Shown here piece by piece: positions 1 to 8,517 of a stretch of 64,000 nucleotides of DNA (within the stretch, counting starts at the first letter, position 1; each line of letters begins with the position of its first letter). The stretch spans positions 8,764 to 72,763 of the forward strand of contig JAZQDH010000070.1 of NCBI GenBank assembly GCA_045546655.1, in the 5' to 3' direction. Both the position numbers and the translations under genes were made by a program. The notes beneath the pieces were generated by a model, which saw only the letters and a list, made by a program, of their open reading frames with translations, searched no databases and was not told where the DNA came from. The DNA is from Faecousia sp. (GTDB lineage Bacteria > Bacillota > Clostridia > Oscillospirales > Oscillospiraceae).

Positions 1-612
1 GGCAATGGTGCAGGATATTTGGTCAATGAGACCGTCCGGACTGAGCATTACTGTGGCGGAGATGATATGGGCCTTTGCGGTTTTTGTAAGACCAATAGAA
101 GACAGATCCGCAGGCTCTGTAAGTCCGATCAGAGTACGTCCGCCGATCTGCCTGCCTTGGAAAACAGAGAAGTCTTTACCGGTAGGAATAACGACGGGGA
201 TCAGTGCGGTGAGATAGGAGTGAAAGGATTCCGGAGCGGAAAAATTGCCTTGTCCAATGCTAAGATAGGCTGTTCCGCTGGAAAAACAACGGGTGATGGC
301 AACATCAGTGACGCCGTAATCGAGCGTTTCCTCTGCATAAAACGCGGCACATTCTGTGCCGTAGTCCTGAAAATGATATGTCCCCCGGTACTGTTCGGTA
401 AGTGTCTGCGTGGCTGTCTGTATGTACTTGGCAGCCTCCACGGATATAGAGAAATCCTTGAGCTTACTTAATGCGTTCTCATAAATCTCAATTGCCGGCA
501 TATCGTTTTCTGGTGCATGGGTGGGCACTTCGGGAACCGGCTCACAGCCACATAATAGTACCAGTATTATAGAGGGCAGCAATAGCCCCATAAAAAGCTG
601 TCTGACTTTCAT
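1..612 (-). CDS. Putative lipoprotein (3' end runs off the window)
   Basis: Not in the ORF track. ATG at 612 with AAGGAG RBS; reads MKVRQLFMGLLLPSIILVLLCGC (lipobox-like LCGC); the frame stays open to base 1. Confidence 0.75.
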   Translation of the reverse strand, partial: MKVRQLFMGLLLPSIILVLLCGCEPVPEVPTHAPENDMPAIEIYENALSKLKDFSISVEAAKYIQTATQTLTEQYRGTYHFQDYGTECAAFYAEETLDYGVTDVAITRCFSSGTAYLSIGQGNFSAPESFHSYLTALIPVVIPTGKDFSVFQGRQIGGRTLIGLTEPADLSSIGLTKTAKAHIISATVMLSPDGLIDQISCTIA

Positions 613-809
613 AAACTGCTCCTTAAGGTATCGTTCTGAAACAGAACGTAATATATATTATAGCTAAAAAACGCAAATATGTCAAATTTGACAGGAAACA
701 CCAAACATTTTTGGGAGAATACAAAAAGAAAAGTTTTTAGGATTCGCATTTCATCTACTTGACAATTGTGGTATAATACCAATTGAATCCAATGGGGGAG
801 GTGAGTGTT

Positions 810-1271
810 CTGGAAAAGCAAGGCGTGAAAGTGATGGCTCGTAACAGGGAGGCATATCACGAATATTTCGTGGAGGAAGAGATGGAGGCCGGTATCGAAT
901 TGTGCGGTACAGAAGTCAAATCCATCCGTCAAGGCACATTGAACCTGAAGGACGCATGGTGCGGTATCAAGGACGGTCAGCTGATGCTCAACCAGATGCA
1001 CATCTCGCCTTATGACCACGGAAATATCTTTAACAAAGATCCACGCAGACCTAGAAGACTTTTGATGCACAAACGTGAGATTATGCGTCTGTACGGAAAA
1101 GTAAAGCAGGATGGGTATAGTCTGATACCTCTTTCTGTTTACTTCAAGGGCAGTCGTGTGAAGATCAATGTGGGCCTTTGTAAAGGTAAAAAACTGTACG
1201 ATAAAAGACAATCTGCGGCCGAGCGGGATGCTAAGCGTCAGATCGACCGTGCAATGAAGGAGAGATATTGA
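810..1271 (+). CDS. smpB: SsrA-binding protein SmpB
   Basis: Motifs EAGIELCGTEVKSIR, RRLLMHKREI and GKKLYDKR; lies next to tmRNA. Start uncertain: RBS GGAGGTG at 797-803 best fits CTG at 810; alternatives are ATG 792 and GTG 801. Confidence 0.97.
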   Translation: MEKQGVKVMARNREAYHEYFVEEEMEAGIELCGTEVKSIRQGTLNLKDAWCGIKDGQLMLNQMHISPYDHGNIFNKDPRRPRRLLMHKREIMRLYGKVKQDGYSLIPLSVYFKGSRVKINVGLCKGKKLYDKRQSAAERDAKRQIDRAMKERY

Positions 1272-1272
1272 T

Positions 1273-1809
1273 ATGAATCCTACTTTTAAAATCACTATGG
1301 AAAACGGCGCTGTGGTGGAGGGCGAGCTGTATCCCGAAATCGCACCTCAGAGCGTGTATAACTTCATCGACCTGGCAAATCACAATTACTACGACGGCCT
1401 GATCTTCCACCGTGTAATTCCAGGTTTTATGATCCAGGGAGGCTGTCCCGATGGAACCGGTATGGGCGGCCCTGGCTACTGCATCAAGGGCGAGTTTTTC
1501 TTTAACGGCTTTAAGAATGACCTGCGCCATAAGCGCGGCGTTCTGAGTATGGCTCGTTCCTCCAGCCCCAACTCCGCGGGCAGCCAGTTCTTCATTATGC
1601 ACGCCGATGCGAAGCACCTGGATGGCCAGTATGCCGCATTTGGTAAGGTGACATCCGGCCTGGAGGTTGTGGATGCCATTGCCTCCACCAAGACCGGTCC
1701 CCAGGACCGTCCTGTTGAGCAGCAGAAGATCGCGTCTATCACCGTGGACACCCACGGCGAGACTTATCCTGCACCCAACAAGCTGCCTGATCCCTACGGC
1801 AGATTCTAA
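1273..1809 (+). CDS. Cyclophilin-type peptidyl-prolyl cis-trans isomerase
   Basis: FHRVIPGFMIQGG, SMAR..PNSAGSQFFI and HLDGQYAAFGKV. Confidence 0.95.
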   Translation: MNPTFKITMENGAVVEGELYPEIAPQSVYNFIDLANHNYYDGLIFHRVIPGFMIQGGCPDGTGMGGPGYCIKGEFFFNGFKNDLRHKRGVLSMARSSSPNSAGSQFFIMHADAKHLDGQYAAFGKVTSGLEVVDAIASTKTGPQDRPVEQQKIASITVDTHGETYPAPNKLPDPYGRF

Positions 1810-1841
1810 AATCTATTCGGGCTGCTTTGCAGCCCCCATAT

Positions 1842-2189
1842 GGGGCCGTACTGGTTTCGACGGGGGTAGTGAGGCTGGATAAGCGGGCCGTGGCACCTGA
1901 CCACGATAAAACGGGTACTTTTTAAAATTAACTGACAACAATACTGTTGCACTGGCTGCCTAATTAGGCGCCCATCCGCCCCGGAAGGTCCACGAGCCGG
2001 GCTCGGGTGTGATTTGAGTGGAGAACGTGCGTATGGTAAGCTTTGCCCATACCACGCATAATGAAGCTACTGAATCCCGTAGGGTGTTTGTTCCCGACGG
2101 GATGAGGGAATGTAAATAACAAACTGCGCCCGGAGAAGTTCCTTCCAAGTTGCTTTCGGACAGGGGTTCGATTCCCCTCGGCTCCACCA
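1842..2189 (+). ncRNA. ssrA: tmRNA; tag reading frame 1934-1963 encodes (A)DNNTVALAA*
   Basis: 5' GGGGCCGTACTGGTTTCGAC; 3' GGACAGGGGTTCGATTCCCCTCGGCTCCACCA; tag ends in LAA; downstream of smpB. Confidence 0.97.
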
Positions 2190-2385
2190 TAAAAAATGCC
2201 GCCTTCGGGCGGCTATTTTTTTATGGTGGAGCCGAGGAAGGAATCAAAAGGACGGCACCAGTGCGCACACTGGTGTAATGAAGTGTCCGGTGGACATCTG
2301 CTGCCACCAGTTCAAAAACTGGTGGCTACAACTATTTTTTCTCCACACGTGGGGGGAAATGCAAATCGATTCCCCCCGGCTGCGT
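2176..2385. repeat. tmRNA-linked palindromic element
   Basis: 2216-2245 is an inverted copy of the tmRNA 3' end. Hairpins at 2255-2276, 2284-2296, 2303-2326 and 2335-2359. 2365-2381 is a degenerate direct copy of 2167-2183. Confidence 0.75.
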
Positions 2386-2424
2386 TTGAATGGAATATGC
2401 TGCTAATAGCAAAAAGAAATTGCC

Positions 2425-2456
2425 AAAAAGAGACCGCCCACAGGGCGGTCCTTTTT
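2425..2456. terminator. Bidirectional intrinsic terminator
   Basis: GACCGCCC-ACA-GGGCGGTC flanked by A and T runs. Confidence 0.8.
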
Positions 2457-2458
2457 GC

Positions 2459-3118
2459 TTAGTCAAACAGGAATTGTTCCAGTTGTTGTGTGGTGTGGAA
2501 GCTGAAATCGCAGAGAGACTCCATCTCTGCCAAGATCTCCGGATAATCTTTTCGACCCCAGGCGGCGAAAGCAATGGCCACACCGGCCTTGCTGCACATT
2601 TCCCAGGCCGGTTTCATATCGTCCACCACCAGGAGCTGGTTCTTTGTGAATCCGTAGGTATGCATAATATGCTCCAGAGGGTATGTGTTGGGCTTTCTCT
2701 GGTGTTCCGGTAGATCCCAACCGTAGACGGCATCCGGTTCAATACCAAAATGCAGTCTGTAATCCCGGGTGATATTCTCGATACCGGAATGGGACACCAC
2801 GCAGACCATTCCGCCTGCATCCTTTTGCCTGCGGATGATTTGCCCGATTCCGGGGAAGGGATCGGGGACGTGGGTCCGGATGTATGCCTTCCAGCCATTG
2901 TATTCATCTATCAGTTCTTGTTCGGTAAATTGATATTTTTCCCGGCACATTCCCGCAAATCCCGGATCAAAGCAGCCGCGGGTGTATTCTTTCAGGGTGA
3001 TGGTTGCTCCGGGACGGAACTGGTCCAGGATATAACAGAAGTAGGGATAATTGATGGTAGCTTCACTTTGCACAACTGTGTCGTCGTGATCCAATACAAG
3101 ACAGGGGTATTTCAGCAT
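2459..3118 (-). CDS. HAD-family hydrolase/phosphatase
   Basis: Motif I LDHDDTVV, KP, and VVDDMKP motif; ATG 3118 with AAGGAG RBS. Confidence 0.88.
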   Translation of the reverse strand: MLKYPCLVLDHDDTVVQSEATINYPYFCYILDQFRPGATITLKEYTRGCFDPGFAGMCREKYQFTEQELIDEYNGWKAYIRTHVPDPFPGIGQIIRRQKDAGGMVCVVSHSGIENITRDYRLHFGIEPDAVYGWDLPEHQRKPNTYPLEHIMHTYGFTKNQLLVVDDMKPAWEMCSKAGVAIAFAAWGRKDYPEILAEMESLCDFSFHTTQQLEQFLFD

Positions 3119-3185
3119 AATGCGCACTCCTTCCTTTGGCCTGATTATAACAAAATACAGCAGCGGAGGCAACAAAAAATTCCTC

Positions 3186-3214
3186 TTGATAAATTAGAAC
3201 AAATGTACTATAAT
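3186..3214 (+). promoter_or_regulatory. SigA promoter with a LexA/DinR (SOS) box in the spacer
   Basis: TTGATA(3186)-17 nt-TATAAT(3209). GAAC-AAAT-GTAC at 3197-3208 is one mismatch from GAAC-N4-GTTC. Confidence 0.8.
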
Positions 3215-3236
3215 ACCAACAAAGGAAGGTGAGAGG

Positions 3237-3506
3237 ATGGACGCGAATATTTGTCCGGTTGATGTGATTTCCATATGCACCGCGGACGGCAGTATCCGTC
3301 CTCTGCGTTTTCGGATGGAGGATGAGGACCACCAGCTGCTGCGGGTGGATATCGAACAGGTCATCAGCAGCAAGCAGATTCAGTACGTGGGGATTGAAGC
3401 GTACATTTTTTTGTGCAGGGCAACGGTGCAGGGGAGAAAGTGGCTGTTCGAGCTGCGCTATACCATCCGCAGTCACTGCTGGAGCTTGATACGGAAGGTG
3501 TATTGA
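3237..3506 (+). CDS. Small hypothetical protein, first gene of the dinB operon
   Basis: GGAAGGTGAGAGG RBS; its stop overlaps the dinB ATG (TGATG). Confidence 0.8.
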   Translation: MDANICPVDVISICTADGSIRPLRFRMEDEDHQLLRVDIEQVISSKQIQYVGIEAYIFLCRATVQGRKWLFELRYTIRSHCWSLIRKVY

Positions 3507-4780
3507 TGGAACGGGTCATTTTTCATGTGGATGCCAATAGCGCATTCTTGTCCTGGACGGCAGCCTACCGGAAAAACGTTTTGCACGAAGAACAGGATCT
3601 GCGGGATATCCCTTCGGTGGTCGCAGGAGATAAAGAATCCCGGCACAGTATCATTCTGGCGAAGAGCGGTCCGGCGAAAAAATTTGGAATCCAGACAGGA
3701 GAACCTCTGTTTCAGGCTATGGAAAAGTGCCCGGATCTGGTGGTAGTCCAGCCGGACTATGCCCTGTATGTGGAGGCCAGCCGGCACTTTGTGGAGATGC
3801 TGCGCCAGTTCAGCCCCAAGGTAGAGCAGTATTCCATTGATGAGGCTTGGGTGGATATGACAGGCACCCAGCGGCTGTTTGGCGCGCCGAGACTTGCCGC
3901 GGAGCAGATGCGTAAGAGAATATGGGAAGAACTGGGATTTACCGTGAACGTGGGCATCTCCACCAATAAACTCCTTGCCAAGATGGCGGGAGATTTTGAA
4001 AAGCCTAATAAGGTGCACACCTTATTCCCGGAAGAAATGGCGCAGAAAATGTGGCCGCTGCCGGTACGGGATTTGTTTCTGGTGGGTGCGGCTACCGAGC
4101 GTAAGCTGAAGCAGTTGGGCGTGTATACCATCGGAGACTTGGCCAACACAAACGTTTCGATTTTGCGCAAACGTCTGGGAAAGCACGGAGAAACGATCTG
4201 GCATTTTGCCAACGGCAGAAATGCGGATATGGTCACGCCGGAGCCTGCGGAAAATAAGGGCTATGGAAACTCTACCACAACGGCCCGGGATGTGGTTACA
4301 AGGGATGGTGCCTGCCAAGTGCTTCTGAGCTTGTGTGAAACGGTGGGAGCCAGGATGCGTAAGGACGGAAAAAACGGAAGCTGTGTGTCTGTACATTTGC
4401 GCACATTTGAATTCCATCACTTTTCCCACCAGATGCTTCTGACAGGCGCTACCAATATGACATCCCAGCTGTTTGACGCGGCTTGCAAGGTTTTTGACGA
4501 AGCCTGGGACGGACAGACACCCCTGCGGCAGCTGGGTGTACAGGTTACAAGACTATCCGATGAACCCTATCAGCAGTATGACCTGTTTTCCGGAATGTCT
4601 GCAGTGCAGTATGAACGAAAACTGCGGCTGGATGAAACTGTGGACTCTTTGCGGGATAAATTTGGCGAGGAGATCATCCGTCGGGCAAAATTTACCCAAA
4701 ATCCGCAGGAGCATATGTCCGGCGGATTGGACAAGGCCCGGCGGACCGGCGTCACAAAACCTGTGCCGAAGGAATTTTAG
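3506..4780 (+). CDS. dinB: Y-family DNA polymerase (DinB/Pol IV-like)
   Basis: HVDANSAFLS, YSIDEAWVD, NKLLAKMA..EKP; clamp-binding-like QYDLF near the C-terminus. Confidence 0.93.
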   Translation: MERVIFHVDANSAFLSWTAAYRKNVLHEEQDLRDIPSVVAGDKESRHSIILAKSGPAKKFGIQTGEPLFQAMEKCPDLVVVQPDYALYVEASRHFVEMLRQFSPKVEQYSIDEAWVDMTGTQRLFGAPRLAAEQMRKRIWEELGFTVNVGISTNKLLAKMAGDFEKPNKVHTLFPEEMAQKMWPLPVRDLFLVGAATERKLKQLGVYTIGDLANTNVSILRKRLGKHGETIWHFANGRNADMVTPEPAENKGYGNSTTTARDVVTRDGACQVLLSLCETVGARMRKDGKNGSCVSVHLRTFEFHHFSHQMLLTGATNMTSQLFDAACKVFDEAWDGQTPLRQLGVQVTRLSDEPYQQYDLFSGMSAVQYERKLRLDETVDSLRDKFGEEIIRRAKFTQNPQEHMSGGLDKARRTGVTKPVPKEF

Positions 4781-4842
4781 GGTGGAAAAAATGTAAAATA
4801 TCCAGTACAATGGACTCATCAAACATAAAAGGGGAACAGCCG

Positions 4843-5310
4843 ATGGCTATCGTGAAATTCTACCGTGGAGATCCTAAAAATGCACCGAAAACCACCCAGA
4901 GGGCCCACTTGGGCGCCAACGCAATTATCACCTGCAAGGGAAAACTCCTGCTGGAGAAGCGCCGGGACAGTGATACCTGGGGTTTGGTAGGCGGCGGTGT
5001 CAAAAAGTATGAGACGGAAGTCCAGGCGATGGCCCGTGAAGTTTATGAGGAACTGGGAATTCGAATCCCGAAGGAAAGATTCAAAAAACTTGCCGTGTAT
5101 GGGGAACCGGGCCGAATTGCCGCCTATCAAGACGGCAGTGTTTGGCGTATGGTTGTTGTTGTGTTTGGCCTGGAACTGGAACGTGAGCCGGATATGATCA
5201 TAAGTACGGAATCCAAAGATCTGCGCTTTTTTACAAAGGAAGAGGCCAAATCGTTAGACATTGTGATCACCCACAGTGATATTGTGGAGGATTGGTTTAT
5301 AAACAGATAG
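4843..5310 (+). CDS. NUDIX hydrolase
   Basis: Nudix box GGGVKKYETEVQAMAREVYEELGI. Confidence 0.9.
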   Translation: MAIVKFYRGDPKNAPKTTQRAHLGANAIITCKGKLLLEKRRDSDTWGLVGGGVKKYETEVQAMAREVYEELGIRIPKERFKKLAVYGEPGRIAAYQDGSVWRMVVVVFGLELEREPDMIISTESKDLRFFTKEEAKSLDIVITHSDIVEDWFINR

Positions 5311-5315
5311 ATATT

Positions 5316-5346
5316 AAGGGATGCTCAGATCTGAGCGTCCCTTTTT
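5316..5346 (+). terminator. Intrinsic terminator after the NUDIX gene
   Basis: AAGGGATGCTCAG-AT-CTGAGCGTCCCTT followed by a T run. Confidence 0.85.
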
Positions 5347-5439
5347 GATATACAGGGATTTGTAAAAATATTGTGAAAATATATGCACAACTATGAAAAT
5401 ATACTTGTATATTCGTATAATCTGTGATAATATACATTC

Positions 5440-6048
5440 CAACGGTGCAGTATTCTAGTCGAAACGACCGGTTCCCAGGTAGGGCCTAAAAATCCTATGA
5501 AGGGCACATCGATGAAGTCCCTGGTGTCTGCTTTTTACGCCCAGTTTAGGGTGGGTGCTGGGGGTTAAGGACTCCGGGCGCACTCCAATGGCATGGAGTA
5601 TACGACCCGGCCTCCGTGGAGACCTGGTATTGTGCGACAGCGGATAGTATCCCTATCGGGGCCCGCTGCGTACGAACCTGGTATGAACCTGCAAGGCGGT
5701 GCGCAGAATCGCGTGCTGCGTGCAGTGTAGCCTGCCTTGAGTGAACATATGGGGAAAGAAGATCATACCGTTGCCTGTTGTGGCCAGACAGGTACGGTAA
5801 TTGCTTCTGGAAACTATGCTTGCAAAAGAGGATAAGAACCGGAACGTTTTGCTGTAGAAATTACCTAGACTGTCTTAACAGGGCAGGCAGGGGATTACAG
5901 TACGGACTAAGTGGCAATCGGGTATTCATAACTGGCAACACATGAACTGACGGATCAAACGGAAACGGCCTGCGCGGCAACGGCAGGTTCTGTCTGGGGA
6001 AAACCAACCCGACCTAAGCCGTAAGATTTATCCTGCCTGCCACCGTTG
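5440..6048 (+). ncRNA. ole: OLE (ornate, large, extremophilic) RNA
   Basis: ~610 nt with no credible ORF. Recognised OLE-type blocks: AGTATTCTAGTC, GGGCCTAAAAATCC, AAGGGCACATCGATGAAG, GTGTAGCCTGCCTTGAGTG, TGCAAAAGAGG, CCTAGACTGTC, GGACTAAGTGG, GACCTAAGCCG. The ends pair (CAACGGTG 5440 / CACCGTTG 6041). Canonical downstream synteny oapA-dxs-tlyA-nadK-argR-recN. Confidence 0.92.
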
Positions 6049-6081
6049 ATTACTATCTCAATTAAAGGGGAACAGGACGAA

Positions 6082-6663
6082 ATGTCTAAGTCCGACTCAT
6101 CCGCGTCAAAGAAAGAGCGGAAGAAAACGATCCGTTGGGTCGTTACTATTTTTTTGGTTACAATTCTGATTTCCGGTACGATTTCATTCGCGTCGGATAT
6201 TATTATGGAAAGCAGCACAATGCTGGTAGCGTTTCTGATTTTGCTGACCATTGTGCTGATAGGTATTGTGTTTGATATCATTGGTATGGCGGTTGCATCC
6301 GCGGACGAAAAGCCGTTCCATTCTATGGCGGCCCGCAAGGTGCCCGGTTCCCAGGAAGCGATCAAGCTGCTTCGAAATGCCGAGCGTGTAAGTTCCATCT
6401 GTAACGATGTAATCGGCGATATTTGCGGCGTCGTGTCTGGTTCCGCATCTGCCACCATTGCCGCCCAGATTCTGCGTGATTTCTCATTTAGCTATCCGCA
6501 GCTGATCTCTCTGGCGCTATCCGCCCTTGTGGCAGGACTGACGGTGGGCGGAAAGGCGATCGGCAAGACCTTTGCCATCAATTCCTGTACGAAGATTGTC
6601 CATGGTGTCGGTAAAATCATTTGGGCACTGGGTCACCTGTCCGATCGCAATAAGAAAAAATAA
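6082..6663 (+). CDS. oapA: OLE-associated membrane protein OapA (CNNM/DUF21-like TM domain)
   Basis: About 4 hydrophobic helices; FDIIGMAV, PFHSMAA and ICNDVIGDICGVVSG motifs; directly downstream of OLE. Confidence 0.88.
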   Translation: MSKSDSSASKKERKKTIRWVVTIFLVTILISGTISFASDIIMESSTMLVAFLILLTIVLIGIVFDIIGMAVASADEKPFHSMAARKVPGSQEAIKLLRNAERVSSICNDVIGDICGVVSGSASATIAAQILRDFSFSYPQLISLALSALVAGLTVGGKAIGKTFAINSCTKIVHGVGKIIWALGHLSDRNKKK

Positions 6664-6681
6664 AGTTAGGTCGTGTGACTT

Positions 6682-8517
6682 ATGTTAGAAATTATCCGGG
6701 GGCATCAGGATCTGGCTGCGCTGAATGCTTCCCAAAGAGAACAATTGTGCGACGAGATACGAAGGTTTCTCATTAGCAGCGTTTCCCAGACAGGAGGCCA
6801 TGTTGCCTCCAATTTGGGCGTTGTAGAGCTTACAGTCGCCATTGAGACTGTATATGATACAAAAAAAGACCGTCTAGTATTTGATGTGGGTCACCAGTCT
6901 TACATTCACAAGATGCTGACCGGCCGCCAGTCGGATTTTTCTTCCCTGCGCCAATTCGGCGGTTTGGCCGGATTCCCGAAACCATCCGAGAGTGTATGCG
7001 ATGCGTTTGTGGCAGGCCATGCTTCCAATTCTGTGTCCATAGCGCTGGGAATGGCCAGGGCAAGAAGCCTGCAAAAGCAGGATTATGATATCGTTGCGCT
7101 GATCGGTGATGGTGCGGCTACCGGCGGACTGGCCTACGAGGGCTTGAACGATGCCGCTGTGAGCGGTGAGCCGATGGTGATAATTCTCAATGACAACGCA
7201 CTCTCCATCGACCGCAATGTGGGAGGAATGGCATCACACCTGCGGCAGCTGCGCACCAAGGAGCGTTACCTTGGCATGAAGCAAACATACAGGAATCTTC
7301 TTTTCCGCATTCCCGGCGGCAGGAAAATTTATACGGTTACCAGACGTATGAAAGACCGGGTCCGTAGGATGCTTATCCCGGCTACGATTTTTGAGAGTAT
7401 GGGTCTTACCTACCTGGGACCGGTGGATGGCCACGACACAGAGCATCTGATCAACCTGCTGCGTATTGCTAAGGAAATGAAGCGCCCTGTGCTGATCCAC
7501 GTAATGACCCAGAAGGGCAGGGGCTACGGCCCGGCCCAGGAACATCCGAAGCTGTTCCACGGAATCGGACAATTTGATCCCGAGACAGGAGAACCCCTGA
7601 AAAAGGGTGGTATGACGTTCTCGGATCACTTTGGCCGGCAGATGGTGGAACTGGCACGGGAAAATGATAAGGTATGTGCTATTACGGCGGCAATGCCCGG
7701 TGGAACGGGACTGCTGCCCTTTAAAGAAGCATATCCCGACCGGTTGTTTGACGTTGGTATTGCGGAGGGACACGCGGTATCTATGGCGGGCGGCCTTGCA
7801 AAGCAGGGAATGATCCCAGTTGTTGCGCTTTACTCTACTTTCCTGCAAAGGGCCTACGATATGATTCTACAGGATGTTTGTATGCAGAATCTGCATATAA
7901 TCCTCGCCGTTGACCGGGCCGGTCTTGTGGGCGAGGATGGGCAAACCCATCATGGCATCTATGACGTTGGATTCCTGCGTCATTGTCCCGGCCTGCGGCT
8001 GCTTTGCCCGGCGTCCGGTGCGGAATTACAGCAGATGCTGCGCTGGGCGGTGTGCAATCAGAATGGCCCTGTGGCGATTCGTTATCCCCGGGGTGGTGAC
8101 CGCTCCTACCGTGACTCTGCCTGGGACGGAACGAATATGGTGTACACCCATTGTGAAGGTGAGGATGTGACGATCCTTACTTACGGTACGATGTATGAAA
8201 ACGCGTTAAAGGCAGCTGAGATCTTGGCAAACCGGGGGATTTCCGCAGGTGTGAAACGGCTTCTGTGTGTTGAGCCCTTACCTGTGGAGGAGTTGAAGGC
8301 CGAACTGCCGGAAAATACACATTTGATCGTGGTGGAGGAAATCAGCGGAAATTGTGGAATCCGTGACGGCCTTGCCGGAAAACTTGGCTATTGTGTGGAC
8401 GGTATTGATCTGGGCAACCAGTATGTTCAGCACGGCGCAATTGAGAAATTATACAGCCACTATGGTCTTGACGCGGAAGGAATTGCCGCATATATACAGG
8501 AGGTGCATCCAAAATGA
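6682..8517 (+). CDS. dxs: 1-deoxy-D-xylulose-5-phosphate synthase
   Basis: GGHVASNLGVVELT, DVGHQ, GDGA..NDN TPP motif, DRAGLVGEDG. Confidence 0.97.
   Translation: MLEIIRGHQDLAALNASQREQLCDEIRRFLISSVSQTGGHVASNLGVVELTVAIETVYDTKKDRLVFDVGHQSYIHKMLTGRQSDFSSLRQFGGLAGFPKPSESVCDAFVAGHASNSVSIALGMARARSLQKQDYDIVALIGDGAATGGLAYEGLNDAAVSGEPMVIILNDNALSIDRNVGGMASHLRQLRTKERYLGMKQTYRNLLFRIPGGRKIYTVTRRMKDRVRRMLIPATIFESMGLTYLGPVDGHDTEHLINLLRIAKEMKRPVLIHVMTQKGRGYGPAQEHPKLFHGIGQFDPETGEPLKKGGMTFSDHFGRQMVELARENDKVCAITAAMPGGTGLLPFKEAYPDRLFDVGIAEGHAVSMAGGLAKQGMIPVVALYSTFLQRAYDMILQDVCMQNLHIILAVDRAGLVGEDGQTHHGIYDVGFLRHCPGLRLLCPASGAELQQMLRWAVCNQNGPVAIRYPRGGDRSYRDSAWDGTNMVYTHCEGEDVTILTYGTMYENALKAAEILANRGISAGVKRLLCVEPLPVEELKAELPENTHLIVVEEISGNCGIRDGLAGKLGYCVDGIDLGNQYVQHGAIEKLYSHYGLDAEGIAAYIQEVHPK

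Noticed and set aside
19-471. Plus-strand ORFs at the window start
   Set aside because: They are antisense to the minus-strand lipoprotein gene, which has an RBS and a lipobox.
759-777. Perfect TTGACA and TATAAT upstream of smpB
   Set aside because: They are only 7 nt apart and cannot form one promoter; an extended -10 (TGTGGTATAAT) is more likely.
2190-5310. Prophage or genomic island integrated at tmRNA
   Set aside because: No integrase or phage genes; the only att-like copy lies within 200 bp of the tmRNA.
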